From an uncultured delta proteobacterium (GTDB lineage: Bacteria > Desulfobacterota > Binatia > UBA9968): 64,000 nt of DNA. The stretch is taken from assembly GCA_963737905.1 (NCBI GenBank), contig CAVTUQ010000002.1:655382-719381 (forward strand), written 5' to 3'. The position numbers were made by a program, and so were the translations under genes. Shown in pieces: positions 1 to 10,409 of the stretch. The notes below the pieces were generated by a model. The model saw only the letters and a list, made by a program, of their open reading frames with translations, ran no database searches and was not told the DNA's origin. The stretch's first letter is position 1, and each line of letters starts with the position of its first letter.

Positions 1-363
1 CAGGTGGACCCTCATCCGATCTTTGTTCGCGACAACCTGGACATTGTTTGCGACGTTCCCATAAGTTTCGTGCAAGCGGCCCTGGGTACAGAAATCGATG
101 TGCCGACTTTGGACGGCAAAGTTAAAATGAAAATTCCTGCGGGGACGCAATCCGGCAAACTTTTTCGCATGAAGGGCAAGGGTGTGAAAGACGTTCAAGG
201 ATACGAGCAGGGCGACCAGCATGTGCGCGTCGTCGTGGAAACACCGACTCACCTGACGCCACGCCAGAAAGAGCTTCTGAAAGAATTTGCTGTTAGCGGT
301 GGAGAGGAAGTCAATCCTCTCTCGAAAGGCTTTTTTGATAAGGTTAAAGAACTATTCGGGTAG
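1..363 (+). CDS. dnaJ: Chaperone DnaJ, C-terminal part (truncated by window start)
   Basis: DnaJ C-terminal motifs: [45 protein letters not shown]. Confidence 0.93.
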   Translation, partial: QVDPHPIFVRDNLDIVCDVPISFVQAALGTEIDVPTLDGKVKMKIPAGTQSGKLFRMKGKGVKDVQGYEQGDQHVRVVVETPTHLTPRQKELLKEFAVSGGEEVNPLSKGFFDKVKELFG

Positions 364-446
364 ACCTGCGAGTCCCAGGAACATCCCTGTCCGGCTCTTA
401 TTTGCCTCCAACCACTACCAAAGACACGTCGGCCCCAAGATTTGTG

Positions 447-475
447 TTGACCTCTAACCCCACTGTGACTAAGGT
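447..475 (+). promoter_or_regulatory. Putative sigma70 promoter of lon
   Basis: TTGACC-17bp-TAAGGT, 11 nt before the lon ATG. Confidence 0.35.
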
Positions 476-486
476 GATGGAAGATT

Positions 487-2994
487 ATGAGTGAAGCTGA
501 ATGGAAAATTGAAGGTCAAGAGGGCAAGGGGTCGCAGGTAGAGATTCCGGATGTACTGCCTCTTCTGCCGATTCGCGACATCGTGATTTACCCTTACATG
601 ATGTTGCCACTGTTCGTCGGCCGGGACGTCTCAATCCGTGCTGTTGAAGAGTCTCTCTCCCGTGACCGACTCATTTTCTTGGTCGCGCAAAAAAATTCCG
701 CCGAAGAAGTTCCGACTCCGTCGGACATCAACCGCGTCGGAACCATCGCTTCGATCATGCGCATGCTCAAGCTTGCAGATGGCCGGGTTAAGATTCTTGT
801 CCAAGGTTTGTCAAAAGGGGAAGTCGACACCTACTTGCGCGAGCGACCCTTCTTTGAAGTCAAAATACGTAAGGTCATCGAACCCACGCTGCCCGAGGTC
901 CCCATCGAGGTCGAAGCCTTGATGCGTACCGCTAAGGAAAAAATAGAACAGATCCTAAATCTAAAAAATCTGCCGCCTGAAATCGTCATGGTCACGGACA
1001 ACATAAGTGATCCTGGCGTACTGGCGGATCTCGTGGCGTCAAACCTGCGCCTCAAAATTGAAGAGAGCCAGGCGATTCTCGAGATTTTTGATCCCATTGA
1101 CCGTTTAAAAAAAGTCAATGAACTCCTTAGCCGCGAGTTGGAGCTGTCGACGATGCAGGCCCGGATCCAAAATCAAGCCAAGGAGGAGATGAGCAAAACC
1201 CAAAGAGATTATTTTCTGCGTGAACAGCTAAAGCAGATCCAGCAGGAATTGGGTGAGGGCGACGAACGCACTGAGGAAATCAACGAGCTTAAGAAGCAGC
1301 TCGATAAAGCCAAGATGCCCGCGGATGTGAAACGGGAGGCCGACAAGCAACTCAAGCGATTAGAGCAGATGCACCCGGAATCTTCCGAGGCATCCCTAGT
1401 GCGCACCTACCTGGACTGGCTGGTGGACCTGCCCTGGAGCAAAAAAACCAAAGACAATCTCAATATTAAAAAAGCCAAACAGGTCCTCGATGAAGATCAC
1501 TACAACCTGGAGAAAATCAAAGAACGGATTTTGGAATACCTCGCGGTCAACAAGCTGAGACGGAAGATCAAGGGCCCCATTCTCTGTTTTGTCGGTCCCC
1601 CCGGGGTTGGAAAAACTTCTCTGGGAAGATCCGTCGCGCGCGCTTTGGGGAGAAACTTCGTCCGCGTATCCCTGGGCGGTGTTCGCGATGAGGCAGAGAT
1701 TCGCGGCCATCGGCGGACCTATGTGGGCGCTTTGCCGGGTCGTGTCATTCAGGGAATCAAACAAGCCGGGTCGAACAATCCGGTGTTCATGCTAGATGAA
1801 ATCGACAAAGTCGGAGCTGACTTCCGTGGGGACCCTTCAGCAGCTTTGCTTGAGGTTTTGGACCCCGAGCAAAACCATGCCTTCAGCGATCATTACCTGA
1901 ATTTGCCTTTCGACCTTTCTAATGTCCTGTTCATATGCACCGCAAACATGCTGGACCCGATTCCGCCTGCCTTGGCGGATCGGATGGAAGTCATCCATCT
2001 CTCAGGTTACACCAACGAAGAGAAACTGGAGATTGCTCGCAAATACTTGCTCCCAAGACAACTCGAAGACAACGGCATCTCAAGCAAGTATCTCGAGTTC
2101 TCCGATGACGCCGTGTTGCGCATTATCGCCGAGTACACCAAAGAGGCAGGTTTAAGGAACCTCGAGCGGGAGATCGCCTCTATTTGCCGCAAGGTTGCAC
2201 GAAAGATTGCGGAGGAAAAAAAAGATCCTACCCGCATCACCCGCGCCAACCTTCACTCATTCTTGGGCGCGCCAAAATTTCTACCGGAAACCGAACAGGA
2301 ACACCATGAAATCGGCGTTGCCACTGGGCTTGCGTGGACAAGCGCTGGTGGTGAGCTTCTCTTTGTCGAAGCCTCCCTTTCAAAGGGGCGAGGAAATTTG
2401 ACCTTGACGGGACAATTAGGCGATGTCATGAAAGAGTCCGCTCAAGCCGCGGTCAGTTACGCTCGCGCCCACGCACGCAAGTTGGGAATCGAGGAAGATT
2501 TTTATCAGAAGCTCGATATCCACATCCATGTCCCTGCAGGAGCCATCCCCAAGGACGGACCCTCAGCCGGAATCACCGTGGCGACCGCCCTGATTTCCGC
2601 TCTGACAAAGCGGGCGGTAAGCCGGGATGTGGCAATGACCGGAGAGATCACGCTGCGCGGCAGAGTGCTGCCTATTGGCGGGCTAAAAGAAAAATCTTTG
2701 GCCGCCTTTCGGGCAGGGATTAAGACGATTATCCTTCCCGAAAGGAACGAAAAGGATCTTGACGAGGTTCCCAAATCGCTCCGCCGTAGGCTTCGATGGA
2801 TCGTCGTTACGAACATGTCGGACGTGCTAAAAATTGCTTTGCTGCCAGAGCACAGTCGTGCTCGGCGCGCTGAATACACAGGCGCTGCTAAAACAAAACT
2901 TAGAGCACGCAAGGGAAGACGCTGGAAGCGCAGCGAAAGACCTTTACGAAAAAATCAAAGAGAAAGATCCATTCCACTTATACCCAGCCACTAA
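487..2994 (+). CDS. lon: ATP-dependent protease La (Lon)
   Basis: LON N-domain (LPLLPIRD), Walker A GPPGVGKT, RGHRRTYVGALPG, catalytic PKDGPSAG. Confidence 0.98.
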   Translation: MSEAEWKIEGQEGKGSQVEIPDVLPLLPIRDIVIYPYMMLPLFVGRDVSIRAVEESLSRDRLIFLVAQKNSAEEVPTPSDINRVGTIASIMRMLKLADGRVKILVQGLSKGEVDTYLRERPFFEVKIRKVIEPTLPEVPIEVEALMRTAKEKIEQILNLKNLPPEIVMVTDNISDPGVLADLVASNLRLKIEESQAILEIFDPIDRLKKVNELLSRELELSTMQARIQNQAKEEMSKTQRDYFLREQLKQIQQELGEGDERTEEINELKKQLDKAKMPADVKREADKQLKRLEQMHPESSEASLVRTYLDWLVDLPWSKKTKDNLNIKKAKQVLDEDHYNLEKIKERILEYLAVNKLRRKIKGPILCFVGPPGVGKTSLGRSVARALGRNFVRVSLGGVRDEAEIRGHRRTYVGALPGRVIQGIKQAGSNNPVFMLDEIDKVGADFRGDPSAALLEVLDPEQNHAFSDHYLNLPFDLSNVLFICTANMLDPIPPALADRMEVIHLSGYTNEEKLEIARKYLLPRQLEDNGISSKYLEFSDDAVLRIIAEYTKEAGLRNLEREIASICRKVARKIAEEKKDPTRITRANLHSFLGAPKFLPETEQEHHEIGVATGLAWTSAGGELLFVEASLSKGRGNLTLTGQLGDVMKESAQAAVSYARAHARKLGIEEDFYQKLDIHIHVPAGAIPKDGPSAGITVATALISALTKRAVSRDVAMTGEITLRGRVLPIGGLKEKSLAAFRAGIKTIILPERNEKDLDEVPKSLRRRLRWIVVTNMSDVLKIALLPEHSRARRAEYTGAAKTKLRARKGRRWKRSERPLRKNQRERSIPLIPSH

Positions 2995-3075
2995 CTTATA
3001 GTGCACGCAAAGCTGTTTTGGTCCGTCTCGCTGTGATTTCACTCGTTGAATACCAAGTGTAGCGGCCATCCCCCA

Positions 3076-4065
3076 ATGAAACTCAGTCGTTTAGGTGAGT
3101 TTGGTTTGATCGAACGGGTGCGGCACGCGACGGCTCCTGGACGCGGTGTCAACCTAGGCATTGGTGACGATGCGGCCTGGGTCCAGACAAGGTCCGGTTC
3201 ATGTCTATTGACAGCAGATCTTCTGATACAGGGTGTCCATTTCGACCTTAAATGGACATCGCTCTACGCCCTCGGTTATAAGACTCTTGCCGTCAACATG
3301 AGTGACATCGCGTCTATGGGAGGTACACCCGCTTATCTGCTTCTCTCTCTTGGAATTCCTGCCGCCTTTGAGATTGAGGATGTGGAGGAGTTCTATCGCG
3401 GTATTCGCTCTTTGGCTCTAGAGAGCGACGTCTCCTTGGTCGGAGGAGATACCAGCGTCGCGAAATCTTTGTTTATCTCAGCCTGCTTAGTGGGGCAGGC
3501 GCCTTATCGGCCTATCACTCGCAGCGGAGCACAAGTCGGGGACGACATCTATGTCACCGGCACACTAGGCGACTCGGCTCTGGGCTTGAAGTTGCTCAAA
3601 CGAAAGTCGCCTAAGCTCAGACAGCGCGCGGGCAAGTTTCTTGTCTCGCGACATCGATTTCCCAGTGCTAGACTCCGAGCCGGAGCTAAATTAGCGCGAG
3701 AGAAGCTCGCGCGCGCCATGATCGACATCAGCGATGGATTGCTTCAGGACTTAAGCCACATCTGCAAAGCCAGCCATATCGGCGCTGTCGTTGCAGAGGA
3801 GAAGCTACCGCTCTCGCCAGCATATCGCTCTCTGGCTGGACAGTATCGGACGCGTTACGCGCTCGCCGGCGGGGAGGACTACGAACTTCTCTTCTGTGCC
3901 CGGCGACGCGATCGGTCGCGTATCGAAAAACTTCAAGGGCACATTGATACTCCGATTACCCGTATCGGTGTCTGTGTCCGTGCGCGCGACGGCATGACGG
4001 TCTTGAACCGGAAGGGTCAACACATTTCTTTCCGCACTTGGGGTTACGACCACTTTAAACATTGA
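3076..4065 (+). CDS. thiL: Thiamine-monophosphate kinase
   Basis: GEFGLI, GIGDDAA, VNMSDIASMGG, GGDT, DISDGL, GGEDYELLF, GYDHF; start moved to ATG 3076. Confidence 0.96.
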   Translation: MKLSRLGEFGLIERVRHATAPGRGVNLGIGDDAAWVQTRSGSCLLTADLLIQGVHFDLKWTSLYALGYKTLAVNMSDIASMGGTPAYLLLSLGIPAAFEIEDVEEFYRGIRSLALESDVSLVGGDTSVAKSLFISACLVGQAPYRPITRSGAQVGDDIYVTGTLGDSALGLKLLKRKSPKLRQRAGKFLVSRHRFPSARLRAGAKLAREKLARAMIDISDGLLQDLSHICKASHIGAVVAEEKLPLSPAYRSLAGQYRTRYALAGGEDYELLFCARRRDRSRIEKLQGHIDTPITRIGVCVRARDGMTVLNRKGQHISFRTWGYDHFKH

Positions 4066-4119
4066 TAGAAGGGTCCCCAGAATACTGACAGTAGCGCTGT
4101 GATTGAGACAAAGCCCTAA

Positions 4120-4869
4120 ATGGACTCGGAACGTATCGCAGAACTTTTAACAGAAGTTCGGCAGGGAAAAGTTAGCGTAGCGCAGGCGTTGGCGCGCTTG
4201 CGCCATCTCCCCTTCGAAGATCTTGGATTTGCGAAAGTCGATCATCATCGCGCCCTGCGTCGGGGTTTCCCCGAAGTCATCATGGGACAAGGCAAAGAAC
4301 CAAGAGAGATTGCGGGTATTGTACGGGCTTTACGCCGCCGCAAAGCAAACGTACTTGTAACCCGGCTGTCAGCTGAGAAAATGACAGCGGTTAAAAGGCT
4401 GGCTTCCGGGCTCAAATATCATGCCGCGGCGCGCGCCGCGACCTGGATCGGGAAGCCGATAAAGATTACAGGCAAGGGTGCGGTGTTGGTGGTTTGCGCC
4501 GGCACTTCTGATATACCCGTCGCTGAGGAGGCCGCGCTAACGGCTGTTATGATGGGCAACCGAGTCGAAAAGCTTTTTGACGTCGGTGTGGCAGGAATTC
4601 ACCGTCTCCTAGGAAACAGACAGCAGCTATACGCCGCCTCGGTTGTTATCGTAATCGCCGGTATGGAGGGAGCGTTGCCGAGTGTCGTTGCCGGACTGAT
4701 CGATAAGCCGGTTATTGCGGTGCCTACCAGCGTCGGATATGGGGCGAGTTTCAATGGACTTGCCGCGCTGCTGGCAATGCTCAATTCATGCGCCTCTGGC
4801 ATAACGGTGGTCAATATTGATAATGGCTTTGGAGCGGGATTTGCGGCGAGCCTCATAAACCGGGTATAA
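4120..4869 (+). CDS. larB: Nickel-pincer cofactor biosynthesis protein LarB (AIR carboxylase-like)
   Basis: DHHRALRRGFPEV, AGTSDIPVAEEA, DVGVAGIHRL, AGMEGAL, PTSVGYG, VNIDNGFGA. Confidence 0.92.
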   Translation: MDSERIAELLTEVRQGKVSVAQALARLRHLPFEDLGFAKVDHHRALRRGFPEVIMGQGKEPREIAGIVRALRRRKANVLVTRLSAEKMTAVKRLASGLKYHAAARAATWIGKPIKITGKGAVLVVCAGTSDIPVAEEAALTAVMMGNRVEKLFDVGVAGIHRLLGNRQQLYAASVVIVIAGMEGALPSVVAGLIDKPVIAVPTSVGYGASFNGLAALLAMLNSCASGITVVNIDNGFGAGFAASLINRV

Positions 4870-5075
4870 AGAGATTCAGTGTACACACGGCGATCCAACG
4901 AAAGAGAACTTACAACATAACAGACTATCTGTTCCACACCGAAAGAGGAGCATGGTCTTTTCCAACAACGCTAAAGAGGATGCCCCAACCCGCCGATATC
5001 TTAAAAAACGCTCTCTCGTGCTAATTCAACGCCAACCCAGTGATCAGGCCACGACTAATTCCACAGGCATGAATC

Positions 5076-5501
5076 ATGGAGAACCAAAAGAAATATCGTC
5101 TGACACCTCGGCAATCTGAGCTCGCTGTAAGGGTTTCGGGTAACTCTCAAGCCGATCTGTTCGCCAACTCCGCTTTCGCGCTTTTCGACGTCATGACTGA
5201 TGTCGACAAGGTTGATATTAAGGATCGTATCCCTCTGGAGGTAGAGGGGGCGGATCGGGACGACCTCATGGTCAATTGGATGCGCGAGCTACTATATCTC
5301 TATCAGGGAAGCGGTTATGTGCTGAAGGAATTTCATATCCGCGAGACAAAAGATACGCTGGTGAAGGCGGAAGTATGCGGCGAGAAAATCGATCCCGATC
5401 GGCATGAGATTAATAAAGAAATTCTGGGCGTCGCTTACCACCAAAGCCGAATGCAAAAGACCGGTGAGCAGTGGACCGCACAACTGATCTTTGAAATCTG
5501 A
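5076..5501 (+). CDS. Archease family protein
   Basis: LFANSAFALFDVM, LMVNWMRELLYL, GEKIDPDRH, EILGVAYH, C-terminal IFEI (canonical xFDV). Confidence 0.85.
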   Translation: MENQKKYRLTPRQSELAVRVSGNSQADLFANSAFALFDVMTDVDKVDIKDRIPLEVEGADRDDLMVNWMRELLYLYQGSGYVLKEFHIRETKDTLVKAEVCGEKIDPDRHEINKEILGVAYHQSRMQKTGEQWTAQLIFEI

Positions 5502-5507
5502 AAACTC

Positions 5508-6911
5508 ATGACCCAGCTCACGGACACAGAATACGAGGGAACCGCGCTGATCGCTGACCCCATCCACCGTTACATTCAATTCACCGTCCCGCAAAAGAAA
5601 TCCGAAGTCACTGAGAAAGCACTCATCGACTCCCCCTGGGTGCAGCGGTTGCGCTACATTTATCAACTTCAGAGCGCCCGGTGGGTCTATCCTTCTGCCG
5701 AACATAGCCGGTTTCAGCACTCTCTGGGTGCCATGCACATGGCGGGAGAATTTGCCAAACATCTCTATCCTTCCCTAAAAAAAGTGCTTGGCAATGAGTG
5801 TCCTTCGGCTCCCTTTATTGAAGAATATATGCGGGTTACGGGGCTTCTGCACGACGTGGGACACGGACCCTTCGGCCATTTTTTTGATGACAATTTCCTC
5901 TCTACATACGACTTAACCCACGAGGATCTAGGACAGATCATCATTCAAAACCATCTGAGTGAGATTATTAGTCAACTACGACGCAGTCCCAGTGGACCCT
6001 TCGATCCAGGCGAGGAGCTGCGTCCTGAGGATATTGCGTTTCCAATTAAGAAAGATGGCAAGGAAGACCATCGCAAGCCGAAATGGGTAAGATTTCTGGA
6101 ACCTCTCACAAGCGGCATCTTTACCTTCGACAATATGGACTATGTATCGCGCGACTCCTATATGTGCGGGGTCGCAGCGGGCCCGGTAGATCGTGCACGA
6201 CTGATCTACTACACGTTTTTCTCGCCGAAAGGCCTCACCTTGCACAAGGCAGGCAATAGCGCACTGACGATGTTTCTAAACACTCGCCTCTATCTTTACA
6301 CTAACGTCTATTATCACCGCACAACACGGGCCATCGATCTACATCTAAGAGAGATTTTTCCCGAAACCATGCGTGTCCTCTTCCCGGGCAACCCTGCGGA
6401 GCATATGGACGAGTATCTTTATCTGACGGACTGGTCATTACTCGAGGAAGTTTCCCGCTGGCGTCGAAACAACGGCGAGCTCGCGGCATTAGCCAAGGAA
6501 TGGGAAACCGTCCTCCACCGTGAGGTCAAGTGGAAGATGGCGTACGATCGGACCCTGTCCCTCAACGAGCTTCGTTACGGAGTGGCTTTGATCCAAGACA
6601 CCGACTGGGAAAAGCGAATTCGCTCAGCGCTGCCGGCGGTTGCGCGAGATCTAGTGTTCCGGGTAGACATGGCGACCCAAGATCCACGACCGGAAAATCC
6701 GTTCGCCATGGGAAAGAAACAAATTCACATCTTCGATCCTTCCACCGGTGAGATCACCAAAGAGTCCTTGGCGGAGCTTTTCGAGTTTATTCCATCCAAA
6801 GTGGTCCAATTTAGAGTTTTCGCGCTGGACCATGAACAGGATCAGCTATTATCCGAGGTCGCTGAAAGCACACTGAAGGGACAGTCCCCATCCGTAAAAA
6901 CCAGCGTTTAG
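5508..6911 (+). CDS. HD-domain phosphohydrolase (SAMHD1/COG1078-like dNTP triphosphohydrolase family)
   Basis: QRLRYIYQL, HSRFQHSLG, LLHDVGHGPFGH, DNMDYVSRDS, VYYH. Confidence 0.9.
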   Translation: MTQLTDTEYEGTALIADPIHRYIQFTVPQKKSEVTEKALIDSPWVQRLRYIYQLQSARWVYPSAEHSRFQHSLGAMHMAGEFAKHLYPSLKKVLGNECPSAPFIEEYMRVTGLLHDVGHGPFGHFFDDNFLSTYDLTHEDLGQIIIQNHLSEIISQLRRSPSGPFDPGEELRPEDIAFPIKKDGKEDHRKPKWVRFLEPLTSGIFTFDNMDYVSRDSYMCGVAAGPVDRARLIYYTFFSPKGLTLHKAGNSALTMFLNTRLYLYTNVYYHRTTRAIDLHLREIFPETMRVLFPGNPAEHMDEYLYLTDWSLLEEVSRWRRNNGELAALAKEWETVLHREVKWKMAYDRTLSLNELRYGVALIQDTDWEKRIRSALPAVARDLVFRVDMATQDPRPENPFAMGKKQIHIFDPSTGEITKESLAELFEFIPSKVVQFRVFALDHEQDQLLSEVAESTLKGQSPSVKTSV

Positions 6912-7052
6912 CGGCAGGATCGTATGCTCGACAAAGTGTACAGCGAGTTACCAGGGTCGATTAACGCCTCTGTACCTCATCGAGCCACCGCCGAGCACAC
7001 ATCCATGTGCTGGGCTGCCATTCACAACTGCCCGGAGTCCTCCTGATCATTG

Positions 7053-8228
7053 ATGCGTCTAGATCTTCTCATCTTCGGGGGAGGGGCTGCGGGACTATGG
7101 TGTTTAGATCGCTTTCGCCGAGCAGGCTATCTTGCCATCCTCCTCGAAGCGGCGGCTCTCGGCCGGGGACAGACGATTCAGGCACAGGGGATCATCCACG
7201 GGGGAGGAAAATACGCGCTTCGCGGCGTGCGTGATTTTACAGCCGTGCGGGTTACGAGGGAAATGCCGGAGCGATGGCTGCGCAGTCTAGCGGGAGACAT
7301 CAAACCAGATCTGCGCGGCACCCAGGTTCTTTCAGACCAATGTCACCTTTGGCTGCCACGAGGGTCAATAGCAGCACGGGCATTGTCTTGGGGATTCATG
7401 TCGCTTCTTGCACAAGGGGGGCTCCTGTCAACGCCGCCCAAACAGCTTCCGGATTCGATGTGGCCGGAGGCGCTCCGAGGTTCGGCCTTTGCTGTCTATG
7501 CGATGGCGGAACCGGTTGTTGCAACGGGTTCACTCCTTCACACGCTGGCGCGCCCTTACCGCAAGTGGATTTTATCCTACGATGTCTCTACCCTTGATTT
7601 CGCTGGCGAACAAGTGCAGATCGCTGACGCGCTTTTCCAACCGCGCTCGATCGTGTTCGCGGCAGGCGAAGGCAACGCCGAACTTATGCTAAGGGCCGGA
7701 ATCCACGGCGACCTCATGCAGCGCCGGCCGCTTAAAATGGTACTCCTCAGGGGCACGGCCCTGCCCGTGCTGTTTGGCCATTGCATCATGCGTGGAAAAA
7801 CGCAGCTTACAATCACTACGCCCACCCAGGGTATCTGGCAAGTCGGGGGCGAGATTGCGGAACAACTGGCGCACCAGGAAAACTTGGAAGAAGCGCGACA
7901 AGCCGCCATGCGTGAGGTCCGGCGTTGCCTTCCCGGGCTGGATTTCTCGAGTGTCGAGATCGCCATTTACCCGGCTACTCGGGCAGAGGCAAGAACTGCA
8001 GAACAAAAGCGCCCGAGTGGCGTCCACGTCTCGCGCGTCGCCCCCAGAATCGTTGTAGGCTGGCCCACTAAGCTCTCGATGGCGCCGATTCTGGCAGAGG
8101 AAATTTTTGCCTTGGTGAGCGCGGAACTCAAACAACCCGGCGATTACGAGGAGCCATCAGTACCATGGCCGACGCCCCCCGTCGCGCGGTATCCGTGGGA
8201 GGAGATTGAATGGTTTGCCGGTCGCTAG
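7053..8228 (+). CDS. FAD-dependent oxidoreductase
   Basis: Rossmann GGGAAGLW, GQTIQAQGIIHGGGKYAL, RAE, WPTKL. Confidence 0.85.
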   Translation: MRLDLLIFGGGAAGLWCLDRFRRAGYLAILLEAAALGRGQTIQAQGIIHGGGKYALRGVRDFTAVRVTREMPERWLRSLAGDIKPDLRGTQVLSDQCHLWLPRGSIAARALSWGFMSLLAQGGLLSTPPKQLPDSMWPEALRGSAFAVYAMAEPVVATGSLLHTLARPYRKWILSYDVSTLDFAGEQVQIADALFQPRSIVFAAGEGNAELMLRAGIHGDLMQRRPLKMVLLRGTALPVLFGHCIMRGKTQLTITTPTQGIWQVGGEIAEQLAHQENLEEARQAAMREVRRCLPGLDFSSVEIAIYPATRAEARTAEQKRPSGVHVSRVAPRIVVGWPTKLSMAPILAEEIFALVSAELKQPGDYEEPSVPWPTPPVARYPWEEIEWFAGR

Positions 8229-8974
8229 GCCAAACGGGCTTGATTGTAAGTCGCATCGGGCTTGGAACGACCAAACTCGGGAGAAATACCGATGTGAAAT
8301 ACCCTAACGCTTTTGCGCTCCCGTCGGACAAACAGGTTGGTGAGCTGCTCGACAGTGCTTTAACATTGGGAGTGAATTTAATCGACACTGCGCCAGCCTA
8401 TGGTGCGAGTGAGACGCGATTGGGGGCCTTCGTCGGGGACCACCGTGACCGTTTCGTCCTTAGCACCAAATGCGGCGAACAATACGGCAACGGCCGCTCT
8501 ATTTACGATTTTTCCGCGGGCGGCATCACAGCTTCGGTGGAGACGAGCCTCAGGCATCTCAACGTCGATCATGTCGACATCCTCTTATTGCACTCCGACG
8601 GGAGGGACATTGAAATCCTGACGCGAACCGATGCGCTGGAAGCCCTGATCCGTCTGAAACAAGATGGTAAAACAAGGGCCATCGGTATTTCCGCAAGGAC
8701 TGAGGAGGGAATCCGCGAAGCCTGCCGAGGACTCGATGTGGTCATGGCTCCATTTAGCCAGAAAGATCCGGGCCTAGCAGAGGCCCTGCGACACGCGCAC
8801 GAAATGGGGCTTGGCGTGCTGGCGATTAAAGGACTTTCCAGCGGCCATCTGGAAGCGCGCCCCGCCATTGAGTTTGTCCTCCACCATCAATTTATCGATG
8901 CGCTCATTTTGGGAACGACAGATCCGGTACACCTCCACGAAGCGGTTTCAATAGCGGAACACACCGCCAGTTAA
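8210..8974 (+). CDS. Aldo/keto reductase
   Basis: LGQTGLIVSRIGLGT, DTAPAYG, STK, LLH; overlaps upstream gene. Confidence 0.9.
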   Translation: MVCRSLGQTGLIVSRIGLGTTKLGRNTDVKYPNAFALPSDKQVGELLDSALTLGVNLIDTAPAYGASETRLGAFVGDHRDRFVLSTKCGEQYGNGRSIYDFSAGGITASVETSLRHLNVDHVDILLLHSDGRDIEILTRTDALEALIRLKQDGKTRAIGISARTEEGIREACRGLDVVMAPFSQKDPGLAEALRHAHEMGLGVLAIKGLSSGHLEARPAIEFVLHHQFIDALILGTTDPVHLHEAVSIAEHTAS

Positions 8975-9038
8975 ACGGGACTCTCCCAACTTTGCGCCGA
9001 CCCGCATCGGCGGAGGACTAACTAGGCCCGGGTGTTTC

Positions 9039-10288
9039 TCAGTCGGACTGGTTAACCGTGGTTTTTCGTTGGATTCCCGCGAACCAGTAAAAAGTAAGCC
9101 CAGTTAGAGCTATGGAGACGAGTGAAGTGAGCGCCAACCCTGGAGCGGCGCCAAATATTGTCACGAACGCGCCCATCGCCATTGAACCCAAGGAGCGCAT
9201 TCCCTGATCCATCAGAAAAATGCTCATGACCCGCCCGAGCAACTCCCGGGGGGTTTCTATTTGTATAATCAACCGGCTGATCGTGCGAAAGATAATCTGA
9301 GCTCCACCCACGAGCCCGAGTAGAAAAACCGACAGCCATAGGTACGGCGACAGGCAAAACAAAATGAGCAGCAGCGGTGTCGCCTTTGCCGAAAACCAGA
9401 GTAGGCTCACTCGATCCCAGCGTTTCTCAAGGATCCCGAGAATAATCAGACAGAAGACGGCGCCGAGGCCCGGTGCCGCCATGAGCAGCCCCAAACCCTC
9501 CGGACCAACATTTAGAACATCTTTGGCGAACACCGGCAAAAAACGTGTATAGGTTCCCACGAAGATACTGAGCACGTAAGCCGCAATGGTGCTGGCCAGG
9601 ATAAGCGGGGTAGCACGAATATAACGGAACCCTTCCTTAAACTCTTGGACCATATCTCCTTCCGAGTGATGTTGGCCTGTCTTATCTAAACGGATCCACA
9701 GCAATTCAATGCCGGATAATAAGAGGGAAACACCATAGAAAAGAAAGGATCCTCCAACACCGATCCAAAGAATTAAGACTCCCCCAATGGAAGGACCGAC
9801 GATGCGCGCAAAGTTGAACCCGATGGAGTAGAGGGACACGGCGCTCAGCAACTCCGCTTCCGGGACCAAGTCGCGCAGCAGCGATTGGCCCGCCGTGGGG
9901 TTCATGCTGCGCACGATAGAGAGCAACGTTTCCAGCACCACGATGTGCCAGAACTGCAAGATTCCCGCAAAATAGAGCCCCACCAACCCGAATACGGGCA
10001 AACAACAAAGAAACTGAATGCCGGTCAGTAGACGCAAGCGATCGTAGCGATCTACGATCACACCGCCGACGGCGCCCAAGAGTAGTCTCGGCGTGGCTTC
10101 GCAAAAGCCCAGAATACCCAGAGCCAGAGCCGAGCCCGTGATCTCATAGGCGAGCCAGTAGAGCGCTACTTCGCGCACGAACTGACCAATGGAAGCCATT
10201 AGATCGCTTGACCAAAACAGAGCGTAATTCCTGTACCGCAGCGAATGAAAGACGCGAATCGGCAGACTCCCAGAAGGAATTTGTTCAC
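9039..10288 (-). CDS. MFS transporter (probable 1-nt deletion near 5' end)
   Basis: Hydrophobic MFS with GGVIVDRYDR and LLGRVMS. In-frame N-terminal FHSLRYRNYALFW lies upstream of ATG 10199; the SD AAGGAGG + GTG at 10288 is out of frame. Confidence 0.85.
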
Positions 10289-10409
10289 GTGTAGATCCTC
10301 CTTATAACTTTTCCCCTTCTACGTGAAAAGGGATCATGCTTAGCCTTCTTAACCTTTACCTCTACTCCCGTTTCCGTTAGATTCAGTTCACCTACCGCTC
10401 GGCTATCCT

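Noticed and set aside
10315-10330. parS-like CCTTCTACGTGAAAAG
   Set aside because: At least five mismatches to the parS consensus.
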